From contig JBDHKN010000060.1 of assembly GCA_039586365.1 (NCBI GenBank), positions 1-30,073 on the forward strand: a stretch of 30,073 bases of DNA, read 5' to 3'. The notes beneath the pieces are model-generated. The model was given only the letters and a program-made list of their open reading frames with translations. It did no database searches and was not told the origin of the DNA. A program made the position numbers and the translations under genes. Source of the DNA: Gemmatimonadota bacterium. GTDB lineage: Bacteria; Gemmatimonadota; Gemmatimonadetes; Gemmatimonadales; GWC2-71-9. This document shows, piece by piece, positions 15,177 through 24,914 of the stretch (positions are counted from its first letter, which is position 1; every line of letters starts with the position of its first letter).

Positions 15177-17204
15177 ATGTCCGAGACAACTACGACTACG
15201 TGTCCGCTGGATTGCCCTGACAGCTGTGCTTTAGAGGTATCCGTTCAGAAGGGTGCGGTGCGGGCGATCCGGGGGAGCCGAGGGCATCCGGTCACTGCGG
15301 GGTTCATCTGCAGCAAAGTCGCGCGGTTCGGCAGGCGTGTGGTGCACCACTCTCGAATTCAACGCCCGATGAGACGGGTGGGGAAGAAGGGCGGCGGCGA
15401 GTTCGAGCCGATGTCTTGGGATGAGGCGATCACCGTGATTGCTGGCCGTCTCAAGGACATTGCGGCCCGTTGGGGCGGGGAAGCGATTTTGCCGTACCAC
15501 TATGGTGGCTCTAACGGCCTCATGACCGACGGATTCCTCGACGATCTCTTCTTTGCGAGGCTGGGTGCTTCGCGGTTGGCGAAAACCGTGTGTGCGGCAC
15601 CGGCGACTGCGGCGGCGGTGGGAATGTACGGTAAGATGGCCGGCGTGGCGTTTGAAGATTACGTGCACGCGAAGTGCATCATCGTTTGGGGTGCCAATCC
15701 CAAAGTGTCAAACATCCACTTGGTGCCGTTTCTGCGGGAGGCCAAGCAACGGGGAGCGTTCGTCGCGGCTGTTGACCCGATCAGAAACTTGTCGACTGTA
15801 GAGGCGGATCTGCACCTAGCGGTCAAGCCGGGTACCGACCTTCCAGTGGCGCTCGCGATTGTCAGGCTGTTACGGGAGGAGGGACGACTGGATGATCGTT
15901 TCCTGAGTCAGCACGCCAAATCCGTCGATCCGTTGCTCGAGGCGGCAGACTCCTGGCCGATTGGGCGGGCAGCTGCAGAAGCGGGCGTCACACCGCAGCA
16001 GCTGGAGCGAATTGCCAGAGAGTATGCTGACAGCGCTCCGGCAGTGATTCGTTGTGGTTGGGGGGTGGAGCGCAACAGCAACGGCGGGCAGGCGGTGGCC
16101 GCGATCCTGGCACTGCCAGCTCTGTTGGGCAAATTCGGCGTGCGGGGGGGTGGTTATACCCTGAGTAACAGTGGAGCAGTTCGCATGGCCACCGCAAAGC
16201 TGTGCGACGTCTCTCAGTGGAGCACTCGTGTCATCAATATGACGCAGCTCGGTGAGGTGCTCGGCAACGGATGCGAACCACCGGTGAAGAGCCTCTTCGT
16301 GTACAACTGCAACCCTGCGGTCACGGTACCCGACCAGAACGCAGTGCTCCGAGGGCTCGCGAGAGAAGACCTGTTTACCGTGGTGTTTGAACAAGTCATG
16401 ACCGATAGTGCGATGTACGCCGACGTGCTTCTTCCCGCCACTACCTTCCTCGAACATCGTGATATTCGGGTTTCCTATGGCAACTACATCGTCGGTGGGG
16501 TCAAACCAGCGCTTGCACCACGCGGCGAGGCCAGATCGAATCCTCAGTTGTTTGCCGCAATCGGCCGTGCGATGGGGTTCACCGACGACGCATTTCAGTG
16601 GGATGACGAAACTTGCCTGCAACGGCTGAGCGGTGCCATCGAGTTAGCCGGTGTCGCCGCTGATCCCACGCTGCTCGTGCAGGGTCAGCAACAGCGATGC
16701 GAGTTTCCTGGTGGTACGCCGATTCAGTTCGCCACCGTGCTGCCAATGACGTCAGACGGCAAGATAGACATGTGTCCGACCGTTCTGGGCGACGAGCCAT
16801 ACTCCTATCGGCCGCTGGATAGCAGCCGCTACCCGCTCAGGCTGGTGAGCCCGGCAACCGCGAAGTTGATCTCCAGCACTCTGGGTGAGTTCAATCTCCC
16901 GAAGCTCTGGGTGTCGATCAATCCCAACGATGCCAGCCCCCGGCACATAGCGAGCGGTGACGAGGTTCGAGTGTTCAATGAACTGGGTGAAGTAGTCTGC
17001 ACCGCCAACGTGACAGCAAAGGTACGACCCGGAGTGGCACTGATTCCCAAGGGAGCCTGGCGGAAGTCGTCACGCAACGGAATGACGGCCACGGCGCTGT
17101 GTCCGGCCAATGTGAACGTCGTAGGTGGGGGGGCGTGCTACAATGATGCCAGGGTGGAGGTGGAGGGGGGGAGCGGGGAGCGGGGAGCCGGGAGCGGGCG
17201 GTGA
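15177..17204 (+). CDS. Molybdopterin-dependent oxidoreductase (DMSO reductase superfamily, MopB_3/YoaE-like)
   Basis: N-terminal CPLDCPDSC...FICSK 4Fe-4S motif; TVC, WGANP, GWGVER, YNCNP, ADVLLPATTFLE, C-terminal molydopterin-binding domain; no Tat signal. ATG 15177 preferred to TTG 15102. Confidence 0.93.
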   Translation: MSETTTTTCPLDCPDSCALEVSVQKGAVRAIRGSRGHPVTAGFICSKVARFGRRVVHHSRIQRPMRRVGKKGGGEFEPMSWDEAITVIAGRLKDIAARWGGEAILPYHYGGSNGLMTDGFLDDLFFARLGASRLAKTVCAAPATAAAVGMYGKMAGVAFEDYVHAKCIIVWGANPKVSNIHLVPFLREAKQRGAFVAAVDPIRNLSTVEADLHLAVKPGTDLPVALAIVRLLREEGRLDDRFLSQHAKSVDPLLEAADSWPIGRAAAEAGVTPQQLERIAREYADSAPAVIRCGWGVERNSNGGQAVAAILALPALLGKFGVRGGGYTLSNSGAVRMATAKLCDVSQWSTRVINMTQLGEVLGNGCEPPVKSLFVYNCNPAVTVPDQNAVLRGLAREDLFTVVFEQVMTDSAMYADVLLPATTFLEHRDIRVSYGNYIVGGVKPALAPRGEARSNPQLFAAIGRAMGFTDDAFQWDDETCLQRLSGAIELAGVAADPTLLVQGQQQRCEFPGGTPIQFATVLPMTSDGKIDMCPTVLGDEPYSYRPLDSSRYPLRLVSPATAKLISSTLGEFNLPKLWVSINPNDASPRHIASGDEVRVFNELGEVVCTANVTAKVRPGVALIPKGAWRKSSRNGMTATALCPANVNVVGGGACYNDARVEVEGGSGERGAGSGR

Positions 17205-17269
17205 CGTTGACCACCGCCTGGGCAGCGGCTCCCCGCTCCTGGCTCTCAGCTCCCCGCTCTCTGCTCCCC
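17168..17269. repeat. Inverted heptamer arrays (GGGGAGC)x~4 and (GCTCCCC-like)x6 around a central hairpin, between convergent genes
   Basis: 17168-17195 GGGGAGC x3 + CGGGAGC; central GGCGGTG/CACCGCC; 17228-17269 gctcccc gctcctg gctctca gctcccc gctctct gctcccc. Confidence 0.9.
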
Positions 17270-19740
17270 TATTCGTTCGGATCCAGTATGTCGTCTATCC
17301 GCACGATCGCATCTCTGTAGTGCAGTGTCGTGGCCCGATTCGGGCTGCGGTTTATTGCCTGCTGGATCAGTTGTCTGAGTGTCACCAGTTCACCTCGCAC
17401 AAAGGGCCGTATGTCGGATTGTGATACGTCCACCTGTGTCGTGAACGCTCTGGCGAACGGGCTGCTTGGCGTTGCCGGCTCCTCTGTCATGAGGTATCCC
17501 ATCCGCTCGAGGTAGCCCCGCTGCAAATTGCGGCGGAAAGGATCGGTGGCCTGGCCAGTTCTCAACTCGGTCCAGATTGCGGCGCGCAAATCGCCTAGCA
17601 TATCCCCTAATGAGTAGGCTGCATCGCCGGCTCTGGCTTCTGTCTCGATGAGGCGCTGCATACGACCAGGATCCAGAATCTGCTCCACTACGCGGACCTG
17701 GATGCCGCGAATCCGTTCCACGGTACCGATGTTCTCGATGCGGCTGAGGATGTTCTCATCGAGCATCCACGTCGGAGTCGCAAAGGCCTGCTGTGCAAAG
17801 AACAGCATAGCCCGTCGCTGCGTCTCCCTGGTCACGAATTGGTACACGGGACCTTGCTGATCGTAGGTTTTCCGAGTCTGGGTCACACCTCCGACGTTGG
17901 CGGCCACGTGTCCCATGTAGCGGCTCCACTGCCCAATGACCTGACCGTATAGCTCTTCTAGTTCGGCGTAGTCTTCCCGCGGTTCGTACGACCAGTCGAT
18001 TAGGTTGGTGACGATCCGTTTGAGATTCTCTATGCCATACTCACTCGCTCGCATTGCATCGTCACCGACGGCCTCGGTTTGAGACGTCGGATCGACAGCG
18101 CTGCCATCGCCAAAGTGATACATGGGATCGTCGTAATGCTCCAGTATCCACCGATCCAGTGTCTCCTTCTCCGTGTCCGGTGAAACGACTTCAGGGATCG
18201 GCCGGTAGCCCCACTCGATCGAATGCTTGTCATAGGGACCGATGATCGGTATGAAACAGACACCCTCGTCTTCTGGCTGGGCCACGTAGTTGAACCGCGC
18301 GTAGTCCATGATCGACGGTGTGGTCCCCATGGCGCAGGTGAAGCTGGCAGAGCGCAAGGAATCGACCGGATACGTGGAACTGGCCTTCATGTTGTGAGGT
18401 AGACCAAGCGTGTGTCCGACTTCATGCGCCGCTACGTATCGAATCAACTCACCCATCACCCTGTCTTCGAACTTCACGTGGCGAGCTTCAGGATTGGCTG
18501 CGGCTGTCTGAATGAAGTACCAATTGCGCAGCAGCCGCATCACGTTATGGAACCAACCGATGTCACTCTCCAGAATCTCTCCGGTCCGAGGATCACTCAC
18601 ATGTGGGCCATAAGCGTTCTGAACCGGCGACGAGAACCAGCGAATCACCGAGTAGCGTACGTCCTCAGGACTGAACTCAGGGTCGTCCTCAGGGGAGGGG
18701 GGATCCTTGGCGACGATCGCGTTTCTGAAACCGGCTTCAGCGAAAGCCACGTTCCAGTCTTCGACTCCCTGTTTGAGATAGGGCCGCCACTTCTCCGGTG
18801 TAGCCGGATCGATGTAGTAAACGATCGGCTTCACCGGCTCCACCAGCTCACCACGACGAAACGCGTTCCAGTCCTTTGGCTCCAGGCGCCATCTGGCTAT
18901 GTATCGACGCGGTGTAGCCCGGTGTTCCTCCGATCCGTAGTCGGTTTGTTGCACGCTGAAATAACTCACCCGTTCGTCCCATAGCCGTGGCATCATGGGT
19001 TCTTCGGGCAGGAGGATCATCGAGTGATTGAACTCTAGGGTGATCGTACCTGACGTAGCGTTCGACGGCGGTTCGGAGGCCGGATATGTCAGTACGTTGC
19101 GGACTTCCACGTTCTCCGGGAAGCTCTTTGCCCACGCAATGTAGGAACGGTCGCTGTCAACCGGCCGTACCTTGTAGCTGTCTCGGCGCGACTGCCTCAA
19201 TCCCAGGACGGGCACGTCCTTGGTGAACAAGTCCGTCACCTCGATCACGATGGTCGAACTATCGGCGTTGAACGCCTGGATGTCGAAGGCCTGTACGATT
19301 GGCTCGAGGTTTGAGTTGCGCACTGCCTCGGATATTGGTCGTGTCGAATCTGCCACGTTCACGTAGGAGACGATGCGCAGGAACACCTTGTCTCCATTCC
19401 GCTGCCACCGGACCGTCTCTGTGTTGTTCTCCTCGCCACCATAGCCGATGTTGTTTGCGGTGCGTGCGATCCTACTGACCAGCAACATCTCACGCTCGAA
19501 CATGTTGCTCGGGATCTCGTAGTACAGCTTTTCATCGATGCGATGTACGTGGAACAACCCAGAGTCGGTGACCGCTTTCTCAGTGATCACCTGGTCGTAG
19601 GGTTTGATCTCTTCCTGTGACTGGTCCCGTCTTGCCGAATCTGGTTGTGGTGTGGGAGTGGTCTGCGCCTGACCTCGAGCGCAACCGAGTCCCCAGCCTC
19701 CGGTCAGCAGCAGGATAGAGCCGTAGAGAAGACGTCGCAT
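17269..19740 (-). CDS. Zinc-dependent metalloprotease, metzincin (DUF5118/DUF5117/DUF4953, EcxA-like), probable lipoprotein
   Basis: HEVGHTLGLPHN, Met-turn SIMDY, DPRTGEI, KPIVYYID. ATG 19740 after AGGAAGGA gives MRRLL...GLGC lipobox-like signal. Confidence 0.93.
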   Translation of the reverse strand: MRRLLYGSILLLTGGWGLGCARGQAQTTPTPQPDSARRDQSQEEIKPYDQVITEKAVTDSGLFHVHRIDEKLYYEIPSNMFEREMLLVSRIARTANNIGYGGEENNTETVRWQRNGDKVFLRIVSYVNVADSTRPISEAVRNSNLEPIVQAFDIQAFNADSSTIVIEVTDLFTKDVPVLGLRQSRRDSYKVRPVDSDRSYIAWAKSFPENVEVRNVLTYPASEPPSNATSGTITLEFNHSMILLPEEPMMPRLWDERVSYFSVQQTDYGSEEHRATPRRYIARWRLEPKDWNAFRRGELVEPVKPIVYYIDPATPEKWRPYLKQGVEDWNVAFAEAGFRNAIVAKDPPSPEDDPEFSPEDVRYSVIRWFSSPVQNAYGPHVSDPRTGEILESDIGWFHNVMRLLRNWYFIQTAAANPEARHVKFEDRVMGELIRYVAAHEVGHTLGLPHNMKASSTYPVDSLRSASFTCAMGTTPSIMDYARFNYVAQPEDEGVCFIPIIGPYDKHSIEWGYRPIPEVVSPDTEKETLDRWILEHYDDPMYHFGDGSAVDPTSQTEAVGDDAMRASEYGIENLKRIVTNLIDWSYEPREDYAELEELYGQVIGQWSRYMGHVAANVGGVTQTRKTYDQQGPVYQFVTRETQRRAMLFFAQQAFATPTWMLDENILSRIENIGTVERIRGIQVRVVEQILDPGRMQRLIETEARAGDAAYSLGDMLGDLRAAIWTELRTGQATDPFRRNLQRGYLERMGYLMTEEPATPSSPFARAFTTQVDVSQSDIRPFVRGELVTLRQLIQQAINRSPNRATTLHYRDAIVRIDDILDPNE

Positions 19741-19862
19741 AGGCTTGTTCCTTCCTGAAGTTGAGTGAACTGAGCGGCGAGCGGTGAACAAGTGTCTCGA
19801 ATGCTCCTGAGTCGACTGGCCACTCACGGCTCAGCGGGCACGGTTAATTTGCCGCTGGGTAC

Positions 19863-21512
19863 TCATAGATCCAGCAAACTCAGCCCTTGTTCGTAGACGA
19901 TGTCGACGGGAATCCCCAGTGTTGCCAAGCGATCCAATTCGCTCTGCAGTCCGGATCCCACCACACCTTTCTCACTCAGCAACTCACCGGCAGCATCGTA
20001 GTCTCCGTTACCTTCGATGGTGAGTATGAGTTGTGACAGGGCTTCCATGGACTGTTTCATCTTATCGAAGTCGACCCGGTATGTACCGGTCATCTCGTCT
20101 CGCGTGAAGGCTCCCTGTTCCTGGAAGAAATTGAAGCGTACCATGTTGCCGCGGCCGTGCGCACTCGATGCCCCGAAGCGGACCGATCGGAATATGCTCG
20201 CCAGGAAGGTCACATAGTTGTCGAGTACGTCACCCTCGGTGAACTCCCCCTGTTCAAACAGCTTCGTGACCATGTATAGCCCTAAGATGTCGGCCTTGCC
20301 TTCTTCGATTGCCGAGTAGTGTTCCTTGAGAGCCTCGCGGACGGTACCGCGACCGTTGATGGTGTTCGCCACACCGAGCCCGTGGGCGACCTCGTGGAAC
20401 ATGGTATTCGAAAAGAACGCATCGAAGGTGATGTGCTGTCTCTGGCCCTCCGCAATCAGGACATTGGCGATCGGGACCAGAATCTCGTCGAACTTTGCTC
20501 GCATGGCGTTCTTGAGCTGTAACCGGCGGGTACCCTTCTCCAGTTGCACCGTCTCGTCGTTAGGCAAGTTGATGGCAATTGTCTTGGATCCGGCATTGGC
20601 ATCGCCTGCAACGTACAGCAGGTCGTACGCGTTCAGGTCCGCCCCCGTGCCCGGTGTCTCGCGTTTGTACTCCTCGTCCACGGGAAGGCCTCGCTGCAGC
20701 CCTGGGAGCAGTGTGGCAAAGCGCGAGAGTCGCGCACTCCATTGCTTGTCCTTGAGCAGAACGAAGGTCTCATAACCTGCCTTGTAGCCAAACAGACCAT
20801 CTTCATAGGTCTCGATCGGACCGATCACCACGTCGATCGTGTTGTCCTTCATGTCCATCCAGGCCAGATCACTCTCGCGGTACTCGTCGGTGAGTAGTGC
20901 TTCGGCACGCAACTCCAAATAGCGGCGTAACCCTGGATCCTCGGCCAACGCCGCTGCCTCTCGCAGTTTCGCGGCCGCGGCTGAGACGCGGTCCGCGAAT
21001 GCCACATGGTAGGGCACGGCGTGCAAAGAGCCGTTGTCACGCCTCCTAACCAACGTATAGAGGCTGCGCAGAGCCGCCCCCTGATCGGGGGATGAGTCGA
21101 CTGCTGCTTGGAACTCCTCCTTCGACATGTCGGCCGGGTAGAAATTGGCGCCGGCTGGTTTGGGCCCCACTGCCGCCAGGATTGGCTCATCCCCGCTCAA
21201 TCGGTCCCAGGGACCATAGTTGATCGCGAGGTACCTCAGTGCCACCGGATCGTCGACGGTATCCAGTAGCGCATCCTTATCGCCGTACGCTTGCTGCCAG
21301 AAGACCTCGTCGATCTGCTGCGCTGCGGCGATCAGCAGCGGGATCATCTGGCGCTGTTGCGCGGTCAGTTGAGCCAGATCGGCGGTTAGCTGTACGGTGG
21401 CGTATTGGTCGAGGCGGCTCTGTAGATCGCTCGACTGGCGACCGTTGCATCCCATTAGGAGAGTCAGCGCAACGGTGCCAGCAACGGTAACCAAGCGGTG
21501 TGGCGGCGGCAT
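19863..21512 (-). CDS. Peptidase family M49 (dipeptidyl peptidase III-like), probable lipoprotein
   Basis: INYGPWDRL, IGPIETYED, KTIAINLPND, HEVAHGLG, EEGKAD, SVRFG; LLMGC lipobox. Confidence 0.9.
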   Translation of the reverse strand: MPPPHRLVTVAGTVALTLLMGCNGRQSSDLQSRLDQYATVQLTADLAQLTAQQRQMIPLLIAAAQQIDEVFWQQAYGDKDALLDTVDDPVALRYLAINYGPWDRLSGDEPILAAVGPKPAGANFYPADMSKEEFQAAVDSSPDQGAALRSLYTLVRRRDNGSLHAVPYHVAFADRVSAAAAKLREAAALAEDPGLRRYLELRAEALLTDEYRESDLAWMDMKDNTIDVVIGPIETYEDGLFGYKAGYETFVLLKDKQWSARLSRFATLLPGLQRGLPVDEEYKRETPGTGADLNAYDLLYVAGDANAGSKTIAINLPNDETVQLEKGTRRLQLKNAMRAKFDEILVPIANVLIAEGQRQHITFDAFFSNTMFHEVAHGLGVANTINGRGTVREALKEHYSAIEEGKADILGLYMVTKLFEQGEFTEGDVLDNYVTFLASIFRSVRFGASSAHGRGNMVRFNFFQEQGAFTRDEMTGTYRVDFDKMKQSMEALSQLILTIEGNGDYDAAGELLSEKGVVGSGLQSELDRLATLGIPVDIVYEQGLSLLDL

Positions 21513-21620
21513 GTTCGATCCAGGTTTGGAGACGGGAGAAATGTAGAGGGGTGGGCATTGGCTGGTAAGCGGGGTGTCACATACTGGGTGGTGCCCTATT
21601 GATTGCGTGCCAGTCGCTCG

Positions 21621-23858
21621 TCAGAACTGCTTGAGGTAGGTCACTTTGACAGCGGCCCCCCGGTCACTTAAGTCCCAGAGCCCGCCTGATGTGTCTTCGG
21701 AGCCCCGTTGCTCGTTGAATACGATGAAAAGATCGCTGCCGGGCGAATGGATGAAGTTGATTCGCACGTTCGCGGACACGGCGTTGTCCAGGTTGTTGTA
21801 TTGGAGGAGCGCGTTGGCGAAGAGGCGCGTTGAGAAAGCATACGAAAGTCGCAGGGACGCAACGTCCGCCGTGAACGATCCACCAGGTACATCGACCCAG
21901 CTGCGACTGTACCGCAAGTTGAGTGACAGGTTGGCGCTCGGATTCACCGTGACGGTAGAGTTGAGTGTGTGGATGTGGCCTCCAAACGTGCCTTGCAGCA
22001 TGCCGTCGGATCCGAACATGACCGGTCGGTTGCGGCTGGTGTTGGCGAACCAGCCGACCTGCCACGAGCTGTAATCGCCTGGGGGTACCTCGACCTCGTC
22101 CGACAGCTCAAAGCTCTCGTCGATGCGATTGAATCCACGCTGATAGAACAGGGTCAGGCTCTCGCCCGAATTCCACTCGGGGCTGATTGCAGGCCCGACC
22201 GCCCAGTCCTGTAGCACTCCGTCCGTGCGAGTGATGAATTGGCCAAATGTGTACACATCGATCTTGCGGAGACCGATGACCTGGGGCCGCGGCGTGAACC
22301 GTACTGCTCCGTCGCTGCGACGGATGTCTTCGCGGGTGATAAACCCGGCATCGGCGGTGGCGTCCGGCCCGATGGTGATGTGCTGGACGATTATTCCGAA
22401 GCGGTCCAGCTGGTAGTCCGCCGCCAACCTGTAGGCGACGTCATCGCCGCCATCATCGGAGGTTGCGGTGGCAGCGGCAAAACCCTGCACGTTGAGAGCG
22501 CCGCTGGGCCAGAATGAGAAGTCTATTCCCCCTGCCGTGTTCCACCCCCCGGCGGAGCGTTTGTCGGTCAACATGGCGCCGACGAAGTGGCGGCCGCCGA
22601 TATCACGCTTCACTCGTGCCACGGCAAAGTTGCTGCGTGGTTCATCGAACGCGGAGTCGCTGACGACGTTTAGGACACCGACCGTTTGCCTGCCCACGCG
22701 GCCCGTCAAACGAACGCCTCCCAGCACCGGTACTTCACCGTCCTCAGCGATTCCGATCTGTCGCGAAAAGAACAGCAGAAAAGGCGGCGGCTCGAACGTC
22801 CCGCGGTCACCGAACTCGAATATCCCGGCGTTCTCGAGGAAAAACTCGCGCTTCTCTGGAAAGAAGAGATCGAACCGCGTGAGGTTCACCTGTTCGTCGT
22901 CTGCCTCGACCTGAGCGAAGTCGGTGTTCAGCGTGACATCGAGCACGAGCCCCGGGTGGACTTCGTATTTGGCGTCCACTCCTATGTCAATCTCTGGCTC
23001 GGTCGTCAGCTCCGCAGCTTCCCGTTCCTGAGTCGCGCCTGTTAGCAGGTACGGTTTGAACTCCAGATTGAGGCCGGCCCGGGGGAGTTGGGTCAATCCT
23101 TCCAGGTGTCCCGCACGACTCACCCGGTGGAACCCCTCGTTGGCCCGAGACCAACCACTCCACAGGACCTCCTCGTTCTTGCGACGGATGACCCGGGAGA
23201 CGTTGAGGCCCCACGACTCGATCGTTGTTCCGGTAGGGTACCGCAGGGATCGAAATGGGATTGCGAACTCGGCCGACCATCCGCCGTCTATGCGTTGCGC
23301 TCGCACTTCCCAGACCGCCCGCCAATCTATGTTGAACTCGCGTCCCTCATCGGTGATCAACGCTTCGAATTCTGCGCCATTGGGATTGGTGGCGAACACC
23401 ATTGCGTTCCTATGATCGTGGAAGGTGTCCAACAGAATCGCCACGGCGTCGTCACCGGCGAAGAGCGGGGTCCCAAAGAACGGATGTGCCTCCATCACGC
23501 GATCTCGCTGCAGGATCCGCGCGATGACCTGATCGGGTTCCCTATCGTGCGCGAGAATGCCGACATAGAGATTGCGGTCGTCGTACAGAAACCGCACTTC
23601 GGTGAGTTCTGTTGCAGGGCTTCCCTCCAGCGGCTCCCGTTGGCGAAATCCGGTTGCAGCAGCTGCGCGCTCCCACACCGGCTCAGCGAGCACGCCGTCC
23701 ACGACTATGCGGCTCCACTCCGGTTCCAGGCGCACTCCGGATACGCTTGGTGGGTCGCTGTTCTGGGCGTACGTCGGCTCAGAACTCGAGGCCGTGAGCA
23801 TGTAGAGCAGCACGCCAGAGACAGTTGTAGCGGTAGAGACTCGCGTGATGGACGGCAT
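21621..23858 (-). CDS. DUF5916 domain protein with N-terminal CBM9-like domain
   Basis: VDGVLAEPVW, GWSAEFAIPFRSLRY, TLNTDFAQVEAD...NLTRFDLFFPEKREFFLE, LFFSRQIG; amphipathic beta-strand C-terminus ending in F. Confidence 0.88.
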   Translation of the reverse strand: MPSITRVSTATTVSGVLLYMLTASSSEPTYAQNSDPPSVSGVRLEPEWSRIVVDGVLAEPVWERAAAATGFRQREPLEGSPATELTEVRFLYDDRNLYVGILAHDREPDQVIARILQRDRVMEAHPFFGTPLFAGDDAVAILLDTFHDHRNAMVFATNPNGAEFEALITDEGREFNIDWRAVWEVRAQRIDGGWSAEFAIPFRSLRYPTGTTIESWGLNVSRVIRRKNEEVLWSGWSRANEGFHRVSRAGHLEGLTQLPRAGLNLEFKPYLLTGATQEREAAELTTEPEIDIGVDAKYEVHPGLVLDVTLNTDFAQVEADDEQVNLTRFDLFFPEKREFFLENAGIFEFGDRGTFEPPPFLLFFSRQIGIAEDGEVPVLGGVRLTGRVGRQTVGVLNVVSDSAFDEPRSNFAVARVKRDIGGRHFVGAMLTDKRSAGGWNTAGGIDFSFWPSGALNVQGFAAATATSDDGGDDVAYRLAADYQLDRFGIIVQHITIGPDATADAGFITREDIRRSDGAVRFTPRPQVIGLRKIDVYTFGQFITRTDGVLQDWAVGPAISPEWNSGESLTLFYQRGFNRIDESFELSDEVEVPPGDYSSWQVGWFANTSRNRPVMFGSDGMLQGTFGGHIHTLNSTVTVNPSANLSLNLRYSRSWVDVPGGSFTADVASLRLSYAFSTRLFANALLQYNNLDNAVSANVRINFIHSPGSDLFIVFNEQRGSEDTSGGLWDLSDRGAAVKVTYLKQF

Positions 23859-23932
23859 CAGCCTACGATTCTATCCGTCCAGATGGCATCGGTCCACTCC
23901 TAAATCCGAAATCCCAAGCAGGAGAGTCACAG

Positions 23933-24823
23933 TTGTCAGCTACCTCCCCGCGCAGTGTAGCGCTGTGCAAAGTCGCGGCTGGAGCGGTGATGATCAGCTT
24001 CTCGCCGGTATGGGTGAAGCTGGCTGGGGTCGATCCAAGCGTGTCCGCATTCTACCGAGTGTTCCTCGGTGGTCTCGTACTGTGGCTACTTGTTGGCATC
24101 AGACGGAGTGGAGCCGTTGCCTCGGTGGGGACTGTGGCCATCACCGGAGTATTGGGGCTGGTGCTGGCACTCGATCTAACCGTCTGGCATCGCAGTATCG
24201 GGTACGTTGGTCCGGGGCTGGCCACCATTCTGGGGAATTTCCAGGTTTTCCTGTTGGCCGCTTTCGGCATGACGTTTCTCGGCGAGCGCCTCACCGCCCG
24301 ATTCCTGATGGCGGTACTCGCGGCCATGGCTGGTCTGTTCCTCATGTTCGGTTTGGGTTGGAACCAGCTCAGCAGGGATTACAGACTGGGTGTGCTGTTC
24401 GGTCTGCTCACTGCCGTCTTGTACGGCGGATTCTTGCTTGGTCTCAGACGCATCCAATCGGGACCGAACGCGCCGCAGCCGATAGCGACGGTGGCATGGC
24501 TCTCCCTCACTGCGTCCGTGGCTCTGGCGGTGGCGATCGTGACCAGCGGTGGGAGTTTCGCAGTGCCCAACGTGGGAACTGGGTCGGCACTGGTTGCCTA
24601 CGGGATTGTCACCCACGTCGTCGCGTGGGTACTGATCTCCGATGGCCTACCGCAGATCGAGACCTCACGGGCGGGCTTGATACTGCTGTTGCAGCCGTCC
24701 CTTGCCTTCGTGTGGGATGTGGTCCTGTTTGATCGTCCGACCAGACCGACAGAAGTGTTGGGTGCCGTGATGGCTCTGGTCGCGATTTACCTGGGGGCGG
24801 CAAAAGGCGGCAAAAGGCGGTAA
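23933..24823 (+). CDS. DMT family (EamA) transporter
   Basis: TTG start after AGGAG; about 10 TM segments with EamA repeats (SAFYR, GPGLATIL, FLGERL, LLLQP). Confidence 0.9.
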   Translation: MSATSPRSVALCKVAAGAVMISFSPVWVKLAGVDPSVSAFYRVFLGGLVLWLLVGIRRSGAVASVGTVAITGVLGLVLALDLTVWHRSIGYVGPGLATILGNFQVFLLAAFGMTFLGERLTARFLMAVLAAMAGLFLMFGLGWNQLSRDYRLGVLFGLLTAVLYGGFLLGLRRIQSGPNAPQPIATVAWLSLTASVALAVAIVTSGGSFAVPNVGTGSALVAYGIVTHVVAWVLISDGLPQIETSRAGLILLLQPSLAFVWDVVLFDRPTRPTEVLGAVMALVAIYLGAAKGGKRR

Positions 24824-24914
24824 AAGGCGGCAAGAGGCGGTACCAAGTCACCGATACCGCCCTCTACCGCCCTCTACCGCCCTTTCCCGCCCTTTACCGC
24901 CCTTTACCGCCCTT
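24796..24914. repeat. Inverted decamer arrays (YAARAGGCGG)x4 and (TACCGCCCTY)x6 between convergent genes
   Basis: 24801-24840 caaaaggcgg caaaaggcgg taaaaggcgg caagaggcgg; 24855-24914 six taccgccctc/t units (one tcccgccctt). Confidence 0.93.

Noticed and set aside
19741..19827. Longer GTG start for the metalloprotease
   Set aside because: ATG 19740 has an RBS and gives a proper signal peptide.
21597..21612. Sigma54 site TGGCACG upstream of the M49 gene (minus strand)
   Set aside because: No GC at the -12 position (TGGCACGCAATCAAT).
23845..24732. 295-aa plus-strand ORF and other long overlapping or antisense ORFs
   Set aside because: Shadow frames of well-supported genes in GC-rich DNA, with no recognisable motifs.
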